Positions 10,963 to 20,252 of a DNA stretch of 64,000 nt are shown here, in pieces; the stretch's first letter is position 1; the number at the start of each line of letters is the position of its first letter. The notes below the pieces were generated by a model. The model was not told the origin of the DNA and did no database searches. It was given only the letters and a program-made list of their open reading frames with translations. Location: positions 641 to 64,640 of the forward strand of contig QEVT01000001.1 of assembly GCA_003576755.1 (NCBI GenBank), written 5' to 3'. Origin of the DNA: a bacterium. GTDB lineage: Bacteria; Chloroflexota; Anaerolineae; Epilineales; Epilineaceae. The translations under genes were made by a program, and so were the position numbers.

Positions 10963-13900
10963 TCAGCTTGGTGCCTGCATCAGCAGGCGCGAGTACTCGT
11001 CGTTCTGTTCCAGCCAGATGCGCACCAGGTCCATGGCGAACCCGTACTGCCGGCCCGCGCTGTCGCCCCCGCGCTCCAGGATGAAGTCGCGGGCCTTCAG
11101 CCCGGGCATGAGCTCCTGAAGGTCCAGAAGCGTCAGCGTCATGTCGTCCTGCCCCAACGTCTCCGACACGTCCTCGAGGCTGACGAACGGGCGGCCGTCG
11201 TCGGTGATCCGCGCCATCGCCGCCAGCGCGAGCTGCTCGTCGCGCGAGAGCGACATGTACCCGTGGCGGATGATGCCCGTGGTCTCCTGGACCGTGGTCT
11301 GGAGCGCCCGGTCGACGTCGCGCAGCGTGACGAAGTTCTTCTGGTCGCGGCGGGCCAGGTTGACGATCTCATGGCAGATGTACTGGATGAAGTACGGCTG
11401 CCCGGCCGTCACGCGCAGGATCTTCTCCACCGCGAGATCATCGTACCACAGCACGTCCGCCACGGGCTCGCGGATCAGCCGCTCGGCCTCGTCGCGCTCG
11501 AGGAAGCTCACCTTGCGCCGCAGCGCCGTGTTGAACAGGATCGACCGCGGGTCCTTGAGCATCGCGGTCACGGCGTGCGCCCCGGCGAAGATGAACGACA
11601 GCCCGTCCTGATGCTGCATCAGCCCGCGGATGCAGTCGAACACGTAGGCGTTGACGTTCCCCTTGTCGACCGCCTCGATCAGGAGGTCGAACTCGTCGGC
11701 GATCAGCACGGCCCGTCGTCCGAGCTGGATCGCCATGTCGCCGATCGTCTCGCCGAGGATCTGGAACTGTTCGATGGGGCGTTCGGTGTACTCCTCGCGC
11801 TCCGGACGCGGCAAGTCGAACCCTGCCCGGCGCAGCCCGTTCACGGCCTTGCGCGCCATCGCGTACAGGAGGTCGGACGTCGACTCCAGTGCGTACGCGA
11901 TCGACTGCAGGTCGATCAGCACGAACGCGTAGAGCTCCGGGAGGTGGTACTGGAGCTGGTAGAGGACGCTGGTCTTGCCGGTGCGCCGCTCGCCGTACAG
12001 CACGAGCACGTTGTCCTGGTAGGTGCCCGACACGTTCTCCTGGATCCAGTTGAAGACCGACTGGCGGCCGTAGAACATCTGCGGGGTCTTGACCGGCGGG
12101 CCGGCGATGTAGGGGCTCGGGCCGATGTCGCGGTACTCGGCCTGCTCGACGAAGAAGCGCACCTCGCGGTTGAAGACCTTGGACTGGTTCTCCTTCTGCG
12201 GGTCGTCGTAGCGCACCTCCACCGTGACCGGCACCACGCCGGCGCCCTGGCGGCGGACGGTGTACTCGGTCGAGATGCGGTCGCCCTGACCGAGCGGTGG
12301 GAGGTAGTGCGTGGGGGGCGACTCGAGCTGCAGCGCGTCGGGCTCGACGTTGAGGGTCAGGCGCACGTTGGAGGCCAGGCCTTCGCGTCGGTTGAGGAGC
12401 TCGAACACCAGCACCGCGGCGGCGTCGACGTCGCGGATCCTGACGTGCTCGGTGCGGATGTCGAGGTCGAGGTCCGCCCGCCCCTGGAGCTCGCGGATGG
12501 CGTGGTTGATGAGCCCGTTCCAGTGCTCGGCCACCGCGTGGAACACCCGTGTGTGCGGCTCGCCCATCTCGCCGATCAGCGTGCGGAGCGTGTTGAGCCG
12601 GTCGGCGGCCGCCAGAAGCCCCTTCTCCTTGGAGCGCCGGGTGGCGCCGCGGTTGTAGTACTGCACGGCCTGCGAGATCATCCGCAGCTGGCGGAACACC
12701 CGGCGGGCGGCGGGGCGCAGCCACTCCTCGACCTCGTCGACCCATTCCAGCCCCGCCTCGGCGGCTCCGATCCCGCCCAACGTGGTGTACTGCAGGAACT
12801 GCCGGGCCGTGACGAAGGTGCGGTGCAGCTCGACGGCCGGCGGCCACCATTCGATGGTCGTCGTCAGATACACCAGCTCGTCGACGTCGAGCGGCTCGAC
12901 CAGCAGCCGGTGGTAGGCGCGTGCGAGGTTGGCCGGCGCGCGGCCGTCGGCGCGCGCCGCCGCGCCGGCCTGTTCGAGCACGCGCAGCGCGCCCTCGAGG
13001 TCGATCTCGGCCGGCCGGGCGTTCAGTCCCACCACCAGCGGCACCACAGCCGGCTCGCCGATGCCCCCCAGGAGCGCGGCGGCCTCGTGTCGGATGTCGC
13101 GGTTGTCGGACGCCAGCGCGTCGATCAACGTCGGGATGGCGTCCGACGGCGCGATTTCGGCGAGGGCGTTGAGGATCGCCAGCGCCGTGTCGTGATCGGT
13201 CTCGACCGCCCACTGGCGGATCAACGCGTTGGCCGCCGTAGGGTCGTCCATCCCGCCGAGCCGCGCCACGGCGTTGCGTCGCACCATCGGGTCGGCGTCG
13301 CCGCTGGCCTGCTCGAGCAGGGCGCGGACGTCGGGGCCGGTCAGCTCGCCGAGGGCGCCGACGGCGCGCCGCCGCACGGCGACGTCTTGCACGCCGAGCA
13401 TGTCGCGGAACACGGCCAGGAGCGGCGCCATCGGCGGCGACGGCAGCGCCATCACCACCTGGGCGAGCTCCCACCGCAGGTTCGGGTCGGGGCTGTGGTC
13501 GAGGGCATCGAGGAGCGCCGCCGTCGCCGCTCCGCCCAGACGCCGGAGGCTGCGGCGGGTCTCCCATCGCACTTCGAAGCGCGCGTCGGCCAGCGCTCGG
13601 ACGAGGAACGGGGCGGCCTGCTCGCCGGCGTCGTCGAACTCGCCGAGCAGCGCGGCGGCCGTGGTGGCCAGCGGGTAGTCCGGCGTGTCGAGGGCGGCGC
13701 CCAGCGCGGCGATGGCATCCGGTCCGATCGACTTGAGGATCGCGACCACCTGGCGCGCGGTGACCGGGCCGGCCGTGGCATGCAGCGCGATCAGCGCCGT
13801 CACCGACGTCCGGCCGATGCGCGCCAACGCGTCGGCGGCCCCGTCGACCTGTTCGGGCGTGCGGTCACCCTGGGGCGGTGCGCCGCCGAGCACCTCGATC

Positions 13901-15693
13901 AGCATCGGCACGGCCTCGGGCCCGATCAGGGCCAGCGCTTCGGCCGCCTCGTGGCGGACCACGTTCGCGCTGGCGTCGAGGAGCGCCACCAGCGGTGCGA
14001 CCGCCTTGGGCCCCTGCCGCGCCAGCGCGTGCATCGCGGCGCGGCGCACGGCCTCGTTCGGCACGTTGAGCTGCCGCACCAGCGGCTGGAGCGTGCGGTC
14101 GCCGAACGTCGCCAACGCGTCGGCGGCCGCGATGCGCACGCCCTCGTCGGCGTCGCCGAGCGCGGTCAACAGCGACGCGATCGCGCTGGGGTCTCCAAGC
14201 CGGGCCAGGGCCTCGGCGGCGGCGCGCTGGACGGCCGGCTGCGGCTCGGCCAGCGCGGCGAGCACCGGCGCCACGATGCCGGTGCGCTTGACGGTCTCGC
14301 TGCCCAGGAGGCCCGCCAAGGGGATGGCGACCTTTCGATCGGTGTCGCGGTCCTTGCGGCCGAGGTAGTCGAGAAGCGCCAGGAGCGCCTGCTCGCGCAG
14401 ATCGGTCGGCACCGGGCGGACCTCGGCCAGCGCCAGCGTGGCCAGGACAGGGTGCCCGGCGGCGAGCAGCGACGCGATGAGCGCGCGCGGATCGCGGCTC
14501 TGCCCGGCCGAGAACACGATGACCGGGTCCCACCATGGGTCCCCGGCATGGCCGACCAGCGTGGGGATGTCGTCGGACATGGCGCGGGCCGCGAAGAGCA
14601 CCTGCACGGCCGGGTGGACGAAGCGGAACGTGTCGCTCGAGAGCCACTGCAGGAGCCCCGAGGACTGTCGCTCGGGCGGCACCAGGCTGGCCGCGCCGAC
14701 CCGGGTCTTGCCCTCGTGCAGCGCGCGCGCGATCGGCGGCCAGATCGCGTCGGGCTCGCCGTCGAGCTGCCGGACGAAGCCGTCGACGATGTCGTGGGTC
14801 CGGATGGGCTCGGACTGGCGGGCGACGCCGGCCAGGGCCGTGGCGAGCCAGCCCGGGCGCGCCACGAGCGAACGCACCAGCGACGAGCGCTCCATCACCT
14901 GCATGAAGCCGCTGGTGTTGGCGACCTGTCCGTATCCCCAGCGGCCGGCAAGGGTCTCCACCCGGCTGGGGTCGACGCCGGCCACCTCGACGACCACGAA
15001 GTCCGAGAGCCAGACGCGGTCGGCGAAGTCGCGCGTGGCCACCACCACGCGGTTGGCGGGGTAGCGCGCCACCAGGTCGGCGATCCGCTCGGCAGCCGCC
15101 TGCCGCTCCGTCGGCGGGAGCGTGTCGAGGTCGTCGAACAGGAGCACGGTGCGGCCACTGGACAGGTGCGTGTCGAGGAAGGCGCCGGCCCCCTCGAAGC
15201 CGGCGCGGCCGAGGATCGCCTCGGCATAGGCCTCGATGGACTGGTGTGCCGGGATCGCGGTCAACGGGACGTAGACCGGGAGCGGCGGCGGGCCGCCCTC
15301 GGCCAGGAGCACGCGCCGGCCGGCTTCGACGACGGCGCGCGCGGACTGGATCGCGTGCCAGCGCAAGAGCGCGCTCTTGCCGGTGCCAGCCGGGCCGATC
15401 AGGAGGACGTGCGCGTTCTCCGCCAGGGCTTCGGCCAGCGTGAGCGGCCGGACCCCCGTGGCGCCGTCGTCGGCGCCCGGCGCGCTCTCCTCGCTCCAGC
15501 GCTGGAGCTCGATCGGCACGTACGAGTCGTCGAGCCGCAGCTCGCCGAGGGCCGGCAGGTGCATGGCGCCGAGCTGCCGATCGATGGTTTCCAGGTAGTT
15601 GACGTACGCGCTCCAGTGGGTGGCGACCTGCCACCAACGGCTGCCCGGTCGACCGAGCCGCCGCGAGACATTGGATGTGAGCTGCGTGGCCAT
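10963..15693 (-). CDS. STAND NTPase: NACHT-like ATPase + HEAT/PBS-lyase repeats + second C-terminal P-loop ATPase module (1576 aa)
   Basis: N-terminal Walker A VLLIGPAGTGKSALL and Walker B VLLFDDLD. Central repeats (LARLGDPSAIASLLTALGDADEGVRIAAADAL...). Second Walker A VLVLYGERRTGKTSVLYQL with Walker B VLIADEFD. Start trimmed to MATQLTS (ATG 15693, AGGAG RBS). Confidence 0.8.
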   Translation of the reverse strand: MATQLTSNVSRRLGRPGSRWWQVATHWSAYVNYLETIDRQLGAMHLPALGELRLDDSYVPIELQRWSEESAPGADDGATGVRPLTLAEALAENAHVLLIGPAGTGKSALLRWHAIQSARAVVEAGRRVLLAEGGPPPLPVYVPLTAIPAHQSIEAYAEAILGRAGFEGAGAFLDTHLSSGRTVLLFDDLDTLPPTERQAAAERIADLVARYPANRVVVATRDFADRVWLSDFVVVEVAGVDPSRVETLAGRWGYGQVANTSGFMQVMERSSLVRSLVARPGWLATALAGVARQSEPIRTHDIVDGFVRQLDGEPDAIWPPIARALHEGKTRVGAASLVPPERQSSGLLQWLSSDTFRFVHPAVQVLFAARAMSDDIPTLVGHAGDPWWDPVIVFSAGQSRDPRALIASLLAAGHPVLATLALAEVRPVPTDLREQALLALLDYLGRKDRDTDRKVAIPLAGLLGSETVKRTGIVAPVLAALAEPQPAVQRAAAEALARLGDPSAIASLLTALGDADEGVRIAAADALATFGDRTLQPLVRQLNVPNEAVRRAAMHALARQGPKAVAPLVALLDASANVVRHEAAEALALIGPEAVPMLIEVLGGAPPQGDRTPEQVDGAADALARIGRTSVTALIALHATAGPVTARQVVAILKSIGPDAIAALGAALDTPDYPLATTAAALLGEFDDAGEQAAPFLVRALADARFEVRWETRRSLRRLGGAATAALLDALDHSPDPNLRWELAQVVMALPSPPMAPLLAVFRDMLGVQDVAVRRRAVGALGELTGPDVRALLEQASGDADPMVRRNAVARLGGMDDPTAANALIRQWAVETDHDTALAILNALAEIAPSDAIPTLIDALASDNRDIRHEAAALLGGIGEPAVVPLVVGLNARPAEIDLEGALRVLEQAGAAARADGRAPANLARAYHRLLVEPLDVDELVYLTTTIEWWPPAVELHRTFVTARQFLQYTTLGGIGAAEAGLEWVDEVEEWLRPAARRVFRQLRMISQAVQYYNRGATRRSKEKGLLAAADRLNTLRTLIGEMGEPHTRVFHAVAEHWNGLINHAIRELQGRADLDLDIRTEHVRIRDVDAAAVLVFELLNRREGLASNVRLTLNVEPDALQLESPPTHYLPPLGQGDRISTEYTVRRQGAGVVPVTVEVRYDDPQKENQSKVFNREVRFFVEQAEYRDIGPSPYIAGPPVKTPQMFYGRQSVFNWIQENVSGTYQDNVLVLYGERRTGKTSVLYQLQYHLPELYAFVLIDLQSIAYALESTSDLLYAMARKAVNGLRRAGFDLPRPEREEYTERPIEQFQILGETIGDMAIQLGRRAVLIADEFDLLIEAVDKGNVNAYVFDCIRGLMQHQDGLSFIFAGAHAVTAMLKDPRSILFNTALRRKVSFLERDEAERLIREPVADVLWYDDLAVEKILRVTAGQPYFIQYICHEIVNLARRDQKNFVTLRDVDRALQTTVQETTGIIRHGYMSLSRDEQLALAAMARITDDGRPFVSLEDVSETLGQDDMTLTLLDLQELMPGLKARDFILERGGDSAGRQYGFAMDLVRIWLEQNDEYSRLLMQAPS

Positions 15694-15971
15694 CGGCGTT
15701 GCTCCTGTGCCAGCCGGCCCGCGGGATTGCCGCCGGGCAGGGTGTCCGCGTGGTCCCAAACAAAACAAACCTGACAAGACGGACATTCGGGCACCCCGCT
15801 TCAGGCGGGCTTGCACGATCGTGGGATGTAATATAACCTAGCCGAGTGCCGGAAGCAATCGCCGTTCGGCACGCCGGCACGCTCTCTGTAGTCAGCGTTC
15901 TGTCAGGGATTGGTAAGGCGGCGGTCAGGGGGCAGTCAAGCGTTGCGCTGGCGCGCGATGCTACCATAGCT

Positions 15972-15977
15972 GATAAT
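15972..15977 (+). promoter_or_regulatory. Candidate -10 element (GATAAT) in an AT-rich patch of the STAND/tad divergent region
   Basis: gctaccatagctGATAATtcgg read directly; about 255 nt upstream of tadZ. The -35 element is weak. Confidence 0.25.
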
Positions 15978-16194
15978 TCGGGGACGGAGACTCCCGAATC
16001 TCCCAGCCGCCATGTCAGGGCGGCGGCGCTCGACGGCCCGATCGGCGATCCGCCCGAGCGTCTCCCGGTGTTGAACGCCGCCGTGTCGGGTGAGGGTTGG
16101 TATGCCGTGGTCGGATCGGCCGACGCTGCGTCGTCGGCGGAGGTCCGAGCCATGGTCCCGCGCGTCGCCGCGGCGATGTCTGAAGTCGTCATCA

Positions 16195-16218
16195 TCTCAA
16201 GAGGAATCTCAAGAGGAA
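16195..16218 (+). repeat. Perfect 12-bp tandem duplication (tctcaagaggaa x2) overlapping the tadZ RBS region
   Basis: Direct read: atcaTCTCAAGAGGAATCTCAAGAGGAAgaggtgccgccccGTG. Confidence 0.7.
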
Positions 16219-16231
16219 GAGGTGCCGCCCC

Positions 16232-17209
16232 GTGAAAGTTCTTGTCGCAACCAAGGATCTGGCCGTATTTGACGCGCTTCAGGGGCTGACGGGCCTCGAG
16301 TACTCCGAGGCCTTGTTCACCGGCCAGATCTACGAGAGCCTGCCAGGCGCGCGGTTGGTGATCGTCGACTTCGACGATCTCGTCGAGCATCCGTACAGCG
16401 TCAACATGCTGCGCGGCATCCTGTCGGACAGCGACGTGCCGTTCGTGTCGAGCGAGGAGTTTCTCGCCGAGCCCGAGGCGTGGCTCAACGAGGCTCGCCG
16501 GCTGGGCGGCGACACCACGGAGCTGCCGACCAAGCGGACCGTCGCGTTCGTGTCGTACTCGGGCGGCGTGGGCAAGACGGTGCTCGCGATGGACACCGCG
16601 GTGCACTTTGCCCGGCGCGCCAAGCTGCCGGTGGCGCTTCTGGAGTTCACATACGGCGAGTCTGCCGTCGGCGCGCTGGTCGGAGCACAGATCCCGGCCC
16701 TCTTCGAGCTCGCCACCCAGCCCGACGTCGATCCCGTCGTCTGGAACGGTGTCACGCTGGTGCCGATGGACTACGACAACAGCCGAGACCTTTCGATTCA
16801 GCTCCTCGGCAAGTACCTCAAGGACGTCATGCGCGAGCACGTGCTCACCGTCATCGACGCCCACTGGCCGCATGCCTTGATCGGCGCGGTGCGCGACGAG
16901 ATCGACCGATGGTACGTCGTGGCCACGCCGCGGCCGGACGCGGTCGAGAACGCCGAGAAGCTCGCCGCCGAGCTGGGGCCCAAGGCCGCCATCGTGCTCA
17001 ACCAGAAGGGCGGCATGGTGGACTCGCTGGCGCTGTCGGGGGTCGAGCGGGCGGTCGAGCTGCCTACCGTGCGCGAGGCCGACCGCTGGAACGGCGAGCT
17101 CGGCAAGCGCATCTTGCTGCACACCTACGGCCAGGGCACGTGGGGCCAATACGAGCCGAAGAAGATGTTCGCCGACCTTCGCAAGCGGTTCTCGCGGTCC
17201 AAGGACTGA
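16232..17209 (+). CDS. tadZ: Flp pilus assembly ATPase-like protein TadZ/CpaE (receiver-like N-terminus + ParA/MinD-like domain)
   Basis: VAFVSYSGGVGKTVLAMDTA deviant Walker A. GTG start follows the AAGAGGAAGAGG RBS. First gene of the tad operon. Confidence 0.75.
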   Translation: MKVLVATKDLAVFDALQGLTGLEYSEALFTGQIYESLPGARLVIVDFDDLVEHPYSVNMLRGILSDSDVPFVSSEEFLAEPEAWLNEARRLGGDTTELPTKRTVAFVSYSGGVGKTVLAMDTAVHFARRAKLPVALLEFTYGESAVGALVGAQIPALFELATQPDVDPVVWNGVTLVPMDYDNSRDLSIQLLGKYLKDVMREHVLTVIDAHWPHALIGAVRDEIDRWYVVATPRPDAVENAEKLAAELGPKAAIVLNQKGGMVDSLALSGVERAVELPTVREADRWNGELGKRILLHTYGQGTWGQYEPKKMFADLRKRFSRSKD

Positions 17210-17275
17210 GCCTCTCCGGCTCGCCCCTTCCTGCGTGAAGCGCTCGTCTAATCATACATGTGACTGGGAGAGGAC

Positions 17276-18124
17276 ATGAATCCACGATCGCTCGTCCTGT
17301 TGCTGGCCGTGCTCTTGTTCGGGGTCGGCGTGATCTCGCTGATCTCCGGCTTGTTCGCCGAGGCCCCGCCGAGCCGCACCCTGGTGCCGGCCGTGGCCGC
17401 GATGCAAGTCAAGCCCTATACCGTGATCACGCAGGATATGGTGCGGGCCGGCAATCCCGTCCCGGCCGACGAGTTCGTGGAGAAGGGCATGTACCCGTTC
17501 GACAGCGTGGTCGGCCTGATGTCGACGGACCAGCTGCTGCCGGGCGCGACGCTGACCGGCGTCAACGCCAAGCCGGTCGAGGAGGTTCGCTTCGTCGAGG
17601 ACCTCGGCCTGGAAGTGATCTCGTTCACCACCGGCGTCGACCGGGCGGTGGGCGGCCAGCTCAGGCCCGGCCACATCGTCAACCTCTACGGCTTCGGCCG
17701 CGACCGCGAGACCAACGAGCCGTTCACCAGGATCATCGAGCCGCGGCTGTGGGTCGTCAAGGTGGCCGCCGGCAGCTCGGCGATCTCGAACGCGACGCCG
17801 CGTCCGGACCCCGAGACCGGTGAGTACCAGGTCGAGGGCGGCGATCGCGAGGGCCAGGCCACGCTCATCACGGTGGCGGTCCAGCCTCAGCAAGCCTACA
17901 ACATCGTCAACACGCTCGGCGCCGACGGCCTGCAGGCTTGGGTGACGCTGGCCGCCAACCAGACCGCCGACGCGGCGCTGGCCACCCCGGTGGCCACCGC
18001 GGCGCCGCCGCCGACGGCCGGCCTCTCGGCGGAGCTCTCGCTCACCGCGACCGCCTTGTGGAACCTGGTCAACGCCACGCGCCCGGCCAGCGCACCGCGG
18101 ACCGGCTACGGGGGCGTGCGATGA
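17276..18124 (+). CDS. cpaB: Flp pilus assembly protein CpaB/RcpC (SAF domain)
   Basis: N-terminal TM helix followed by a SAF-like domain. Position between tadZ and tadA. Confidence 0.7.
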   Translation: MNPRSLVLLLAVLLFGVGVISLISGLFAEAPPSRTLVPAVAAMQVKPYTVITQDMVRAGNPVPADEFVEKGMYPFDSVVGLMSTDQLLPGATLTGVNAKPVEEVRFVEDLGLEVISFTTGVDRAVGGQLRPGHIVNLYGFGRDRETNEPFTRIIEPRLWVVKVAAGSSAISNATPRPDPETGEYQVEGGDREGQATLITVAVQPQQAYNIVNTLGADGLQAWVTLAANQTADAALATPVATAAPPPTAGLSAELSLTATALWNLVNATRPASAPRTGYGGVR

Positions 18125-19329
18125 GCGCTGTCGCCCGGTACGACTACAACGAGCTCGTCAGACGGGTGCAGGACTACTGCGTCCAGCGCGAGATCCCGGT
18201 TCCGCGCTGGCGGCGCAACGTCAACCAGGAAGAGGAGCTGGCGTTTCACGCCAACGTCCTGCGGGCCATGAAGGACCTCGGCTTCCAGATCGCCGAGGAG
18301 GATCGCCAGGCCGTGGCGCGCGAGGTGGCCAACCGTATCACGGGCCTAGGCGTGCTGCAGCCCTATCTCGAGCAAGAGGGCATCGAGGAGATCATCGTCC
18401 GCAAGGGGTTCGTCCAGGTCGAGCGAAACGGCCAGATCCACGACGTGGGCGACCTGGCGCCGGACGTCTACTTCTACCGCCTGACGCGGCGCATCGCCGA
18501 CCTCGAAGGCAAGGAGATCGGCGCCGAGGACCCGCAGATCAAGCTCGGTCTCCCGGACGGAAGCCGCTTCACGGCGGCCATCCCGCCGCTGTCGCGCGAG
18601 GGCACGGCGATCAACATCCGCCGCTTCAGCCGCAAGAAGCTGACGTTCGAGGATCTCATCTCGTACGGTGCGATCGACGAAGAGGCGGCCGAGTTTCTCA
18701 AGGACGTGTCGCGGGCGATGGCCAAGAGCGTGATCTTCAGCGGCCGCCCGGGTGCCGGCAAGACCACGATCCTCAACGCATTCACGCAGTACCTGCCGCC
18801 GCACTGCCAGCTTTCGCTGGTCGAGACGTTCCAGGAGGTGCAGCCGCAGCTCGGGCACTACAACCACCTGGTGGTGGACGAGGGCCTGGGCGAGGTCGGC
18901 CGCGTCGTCAACGTGGTGTTCCTCCGGATGCGCCCGGACGTCATGATCATCGGCGAGACGGTGTCGGAAGAGGCGATCGAGTTCATCATGGGCCTCAACC
19001 TCGGCATCACCGCGTTCACGACCACCCACGCGCACTCGGCGCGCCTCGCGATGACGCGCATCGAGACGCTGTCCCGCGGGTCCGGAATCCCGCTGGACGA
19101 GCGCCGCGAGATCATCGGCTCGGGATTGGGGCTGGCGGTGCACATCCACAAGGGCTACGACCCCGACTCCCAGACGTATCGCCGCTACATGCGCGAGATG
19201 ATCGCGGTGCACGGGGTCAAGCGCTCGGCGGAGGGTGGCGTGGAGTATGACTACGAGGTGATCAAGGAGTTCGACCCGCGCCGCAAGACATGGACGCCGC
19301 TGCGCGAACCGAAGAACTGGTTGGACTGA
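18121..19329 (+). CDS. tadA: Type II/IV secretion system ATPase TadA/CpaF
   Basis: Walker A FSGRPGAGKTT plus the secretion-ATPase His/Asp boxes. Its ATG overlaps the cpaB stop (ATGA). Confidence 0.9.
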   Translation: MSAVARYDYNELVRRVQDYCVQREIPVPRWRRNVNQEEELAFHANVLRAMKDLGFQIAEEDRQAVAREVANRITGLGVLQPYLEQEGIEEIIVRKGFVQVERNGQIHDVGDLAPDVYFYRLTRRIADLEGKEIGAEDPQIKLGLPDGSRFTAAIPPLSREGTAINIRRFSRKKLTFEDLISYGAIDEEAAEFLKDVSRAMAKSVIFSGRPGAGKTTILNAFTQYLPPHCQLSLVETFQEVQPQLGHYNHLVVDEGLGEVGRVVNVVFLRMRPDVMIIGETVSEEAIEFIMGLNLGITAFTTTHAHSARLAMTRIETLSRGSGIPLDERREIIGSGLGLAVHIHKGYDPDSQTYRRYMREMIAVHGVKRSAEGGVEYDYEVIKEFDPRRKTWTPLREPKNWLD

Positions 19330-19363
19330 TGAGCCCGCGCATTCCGAAAGTCGAGGTGGCGGT

Positions 19364-20251
19364 GTGAGCGGTGGCATGATGATCCTGATCGGCGGCGGAG
19401 GGCTGCTGGCCTACTTGATCTATGACTGGCTGCAGTACCGCATGCGGTCACGTTTGCGCCGTGAGTCCAAGGAAAAGGGCGTGGCCAAGCGGGTGAGCTA
19501 CGACTGGCGGGTCTACTTCATGGTCGGGTTCACCGTGCTGCTCACCTATCTCTTCGCCAGGCCGATCGAACGCGAGATCCCGGTGGCGCGCGGCCTTCCG
19601 CCGGACATCATCATCGGGCGCTGCCTGTTGGTGGCAGGCTACATCCTGCTGATCGGCCTGATCTGGGCCTACCGCCAAGCCGGCAAGGAGGCGGTGTCCG
19701 AGCGCCGCCTGATCAACGAGCAGGTGGCCGAGCTCGTGGCCGCGTTCCGCAGCGTGTTCCGGATTCGCCCGACGGTGTTCAGCGCCCTCGAGGAGTCCAA
19801 CAAGAAGATCGACCCTCCCACCGGCACCGCGGTGGCGCACGCCGTGACCACGTTCTACGTGACGGCGCTGCCCCGCCGGGCGCTCGAGGAGCTGCAGGCG
19901 CGCATCCAGAACGCGTACATGGACCAGTTCATCTACATCCTGGAGCGCGGCGAGGACGCCAAGCACGAGGACATCATGACGGCGCTCGACGGCTTGCTGA
20001 TCCGTCTCCGGCGCGCCCGTGAGCTGCGCGACCAGTCCGAGGTCAACATGACGGTCGTGTCGGGGCAGACGCGGGTCATCCAGGGCATCGCCATCACGAT
20101 GGTGCTGGTGGTCGGCATCTTCGAACGCCTGCGGGTGGCCTACGAGTCGGTGCCGGGCCAGCTCGTCTTCGTGTTCTTCGCGACCATCGGCGTCGTCACG
20201 AGCTGGTACATCGACAGCCAGGCCCAGAAGCTCAAAGAGAAGGTTCTCTGA
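19364..20251 (+). CDS. tadB: Flp pilus assembly membrane protein TadB (T2SS F-like)
   Basis: Polytopic membrane protein immediately after tadA. GAGGTG RBS 6 nt before the GTG start. Confidence 0.75.
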   Translation: MSGGMMILIGGGGLLAYLIYDWLQYRMRSRLRRESKEKGVAKRVSYDWRVYFMVGFTVLLTYLFARPIEREIPVARGLPPDIIIGRCLLVAGYILLIGLIWAYRQAGKEAVSERRLINEQVAELVAAFRSVFRIRPTVFSALEESNKKIDPPTGTAVAHAVTTFYVTALPRRALEELQARIQNAYMDQFIYILERGEDAKHEDIMTALDGLLIRLRRARELRDQSEVNMTVVSGQTRVIQGIAITMVLVVGIFERLRVAYESVPGQLVFVFFATIGVVTSWYIDSQAQKLKEKVL

Positions 20252-20252
20252 C

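Noticed and set aside
15846-16235. 129-aa ORF in the STAND/tad divergent intergenic region
   Set aside because: No RBS, no motif, and it lies inside a probable promoter region. Kept only as a remote possibility under the intergenic finding.
10783-17149. 1663-aa (+) ORF 10783..15774, 709-aa (-) ORF 11438..13567 and 1094-aa (-) ORF 13865..17149 overlapping the STAND and tadZ genes
   Set aside because: These are antisense or off-frame to genes with clear Walker motifs and repeat architecture. Their compositions are dominated by R/G/A/P/D/E runs without recognisable domains.
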